A stretch of DNA of 64,000 nt, from NCBI GenBank assembly GCA_015061955.1, contig SUVO01000001.1:2233-66232 (forward strand), written 5' to 3'. The stretch comes from Verrucomicrobiaceae bacterium. GTDB taxonomy: Bacteria; Verrucomicrobiota; Verrucomicrobiia; Opitutales; Intestinicryptomonadaceae. The first letter of the stretch is position 1. Each line of letters begins with the position of its first letter. Positions 63,238-64,000 of the stretch are shown piece after piece. The notes under the pieces are model-generated. The model had not been told where the DNA came from and searched no databases. It was given only the letters and a program-made list of their open reading frames with translations. The position numbers and the translations under genes are program-made.

Positions 63238-63519
63238 TCAATTTTCAACATTTCTACGAACACGAGGGATTTTATCGTAGAACTTGCCAGCTCTGTCGAT
63301 AATATTGAACAGGTTTTTAGCAACCTTGCGAATCGATTCTAACAATTCGAGGTACAAAATACCAATTTCAGGGCGACATGTACCCGAATTTACACGCGAA
63401 ACGTGTTCGGCTTCAACATTGTTTATTTTTTCAGTTGCTATAAAAATATAGGCAACAATCAGAATTGCCGCAGAAAATGTAACGGCATTCATTTTTACAT
63501 ATTCTAAAAAAAAATCCAT
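63238..63519 (-). CDS. chimeric small ORF: new TM N-terminus fused to a duplicated C-terminal 61 aa of the Na/Pi cotransporter
   Basis: nt 63241-63425 are 100% identical to 61394-61578. The encoded NNVEAEHVSRV...RVRRNVEN is identical to the cotransporter C-terminus. The N-terminal 32 aa (MDFFLEYVKMNAVTFSAAILIVAYIFIATEKI) are unique and hydrophobic. Confidence 0.4.
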   Translation of the reverse strand: MDFFLEYVKMNAVTFSAAILIVAYIFIATEKINNVEAEHVSRVNSGTCRPEIGILYLELLESIRKVAKNLFNIIDRAGKFYDKIPRVRRNVEN

Positions 63520-64000
63520 GATTGATTATTCTTTTTCAGGATACATTGCACCATAATCTAAGTTTACAATGTTCCTATTTATTTATTTTTTTGATACGCA
63601 CAACAATGGAACAATAATTCCTACTTTATGCGTAAACGACTGAAACGAATCATTGATTTTACATAAAAACAGGCATACACACCTGTGTAGTCAATGCTTC
63701 TTATAATTATATTAGAATATCAATCAGATTATAAGTACTGTCGAGTTTTCGCAGTAGCTACTTTTACATACATAGGTATCATCTTTATAAATTTTTTCTG
63801 ATACCAGTTCGCAACATTTAGTATTAGTTGCAACAAATAATTCGTAAAATTTAACAATAGCTACAACAGCTAAAAGTGCAAATGCTCCAGATTTAGAAAA
63901 GCACATCGACATATCAAACAAAAATTTTCTTCTGTTTTGTCTATCCACTTTATAACTTCTATCTATGGAAGAATACATAACCGATGGTGGATGTGCATAA

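Noticed and set aside
63724-63978. 84-aa Cys-containing minus-strand ORF at the window edge.
   Set aside because: No RBS, no recognisable homology and an atypical composition. It may be real, but it is unsupported from sequence alone.

Overview
This 64 kb window looks like a chromosomal segment from an AT-rich Gram-negative bacterium. The Gram-negative call rests on LpxK, an LptD-like gene, an ExbB-ExbD-TonB system and a PEP-CTERM protein. I cannot assign phylum from sequence alone; the PEP-CTERM sorting signal and PSCyt-like CxxCH motifs point towards PVC- or Fibrobacteres-like lineages. Most of the window is housekeeping: argH, eno, lpxK, a CDF transporter, dhaKL plus an aldolase, pheA, scpA and scpB, ilvD, yicC, a flotillin, a LOG-family protein, glmM, trxA, prfB, guaB, holA, hppA (H+/Na+-pyrophosphatase), NhaC and a Na/Pi cotransporter. 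Interspersed are carbohydrate-active loci: three tandem clan GH-A glycoside hydrolase paralogs, a frameshifted large glycoside hydrolase, a GH92-like gene, a GH78-like gene, a GH43 gene and another large glycoside hydrolase.

The observations most worth a second look are:
- A mosaic family of short repeat modules built around terminator hairpins. It occupies all three large convergent-gene junctions: 13977-14760, 23509-24032 and 55283-55810.
- A G8 homopolymer sitting in the -35/-10 spacer of the PEP-CTERM surface-protein promoter, a candidate phase-variation switch.
- A 1417-aa secreted protein that combines two PSCyt-like CxxCH motifs with a cysteine-less FGE-sulfatase-like C-terminal domain.
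- A perfect 185-bp duplication of the 3' end of the Na/Pi cotransporter gene, fused to a new transmembrane N-terminus in a small chimeric ORF.
- A tail-anchored LPEAPKT[VI] repeat protein immediately upstream of trxA.
- The prfB programmed +1 frameshift site, which the ORF track misses.
- A single-nucleotide frameshift at an A-tract inside a large glycoside hydrolase gene.
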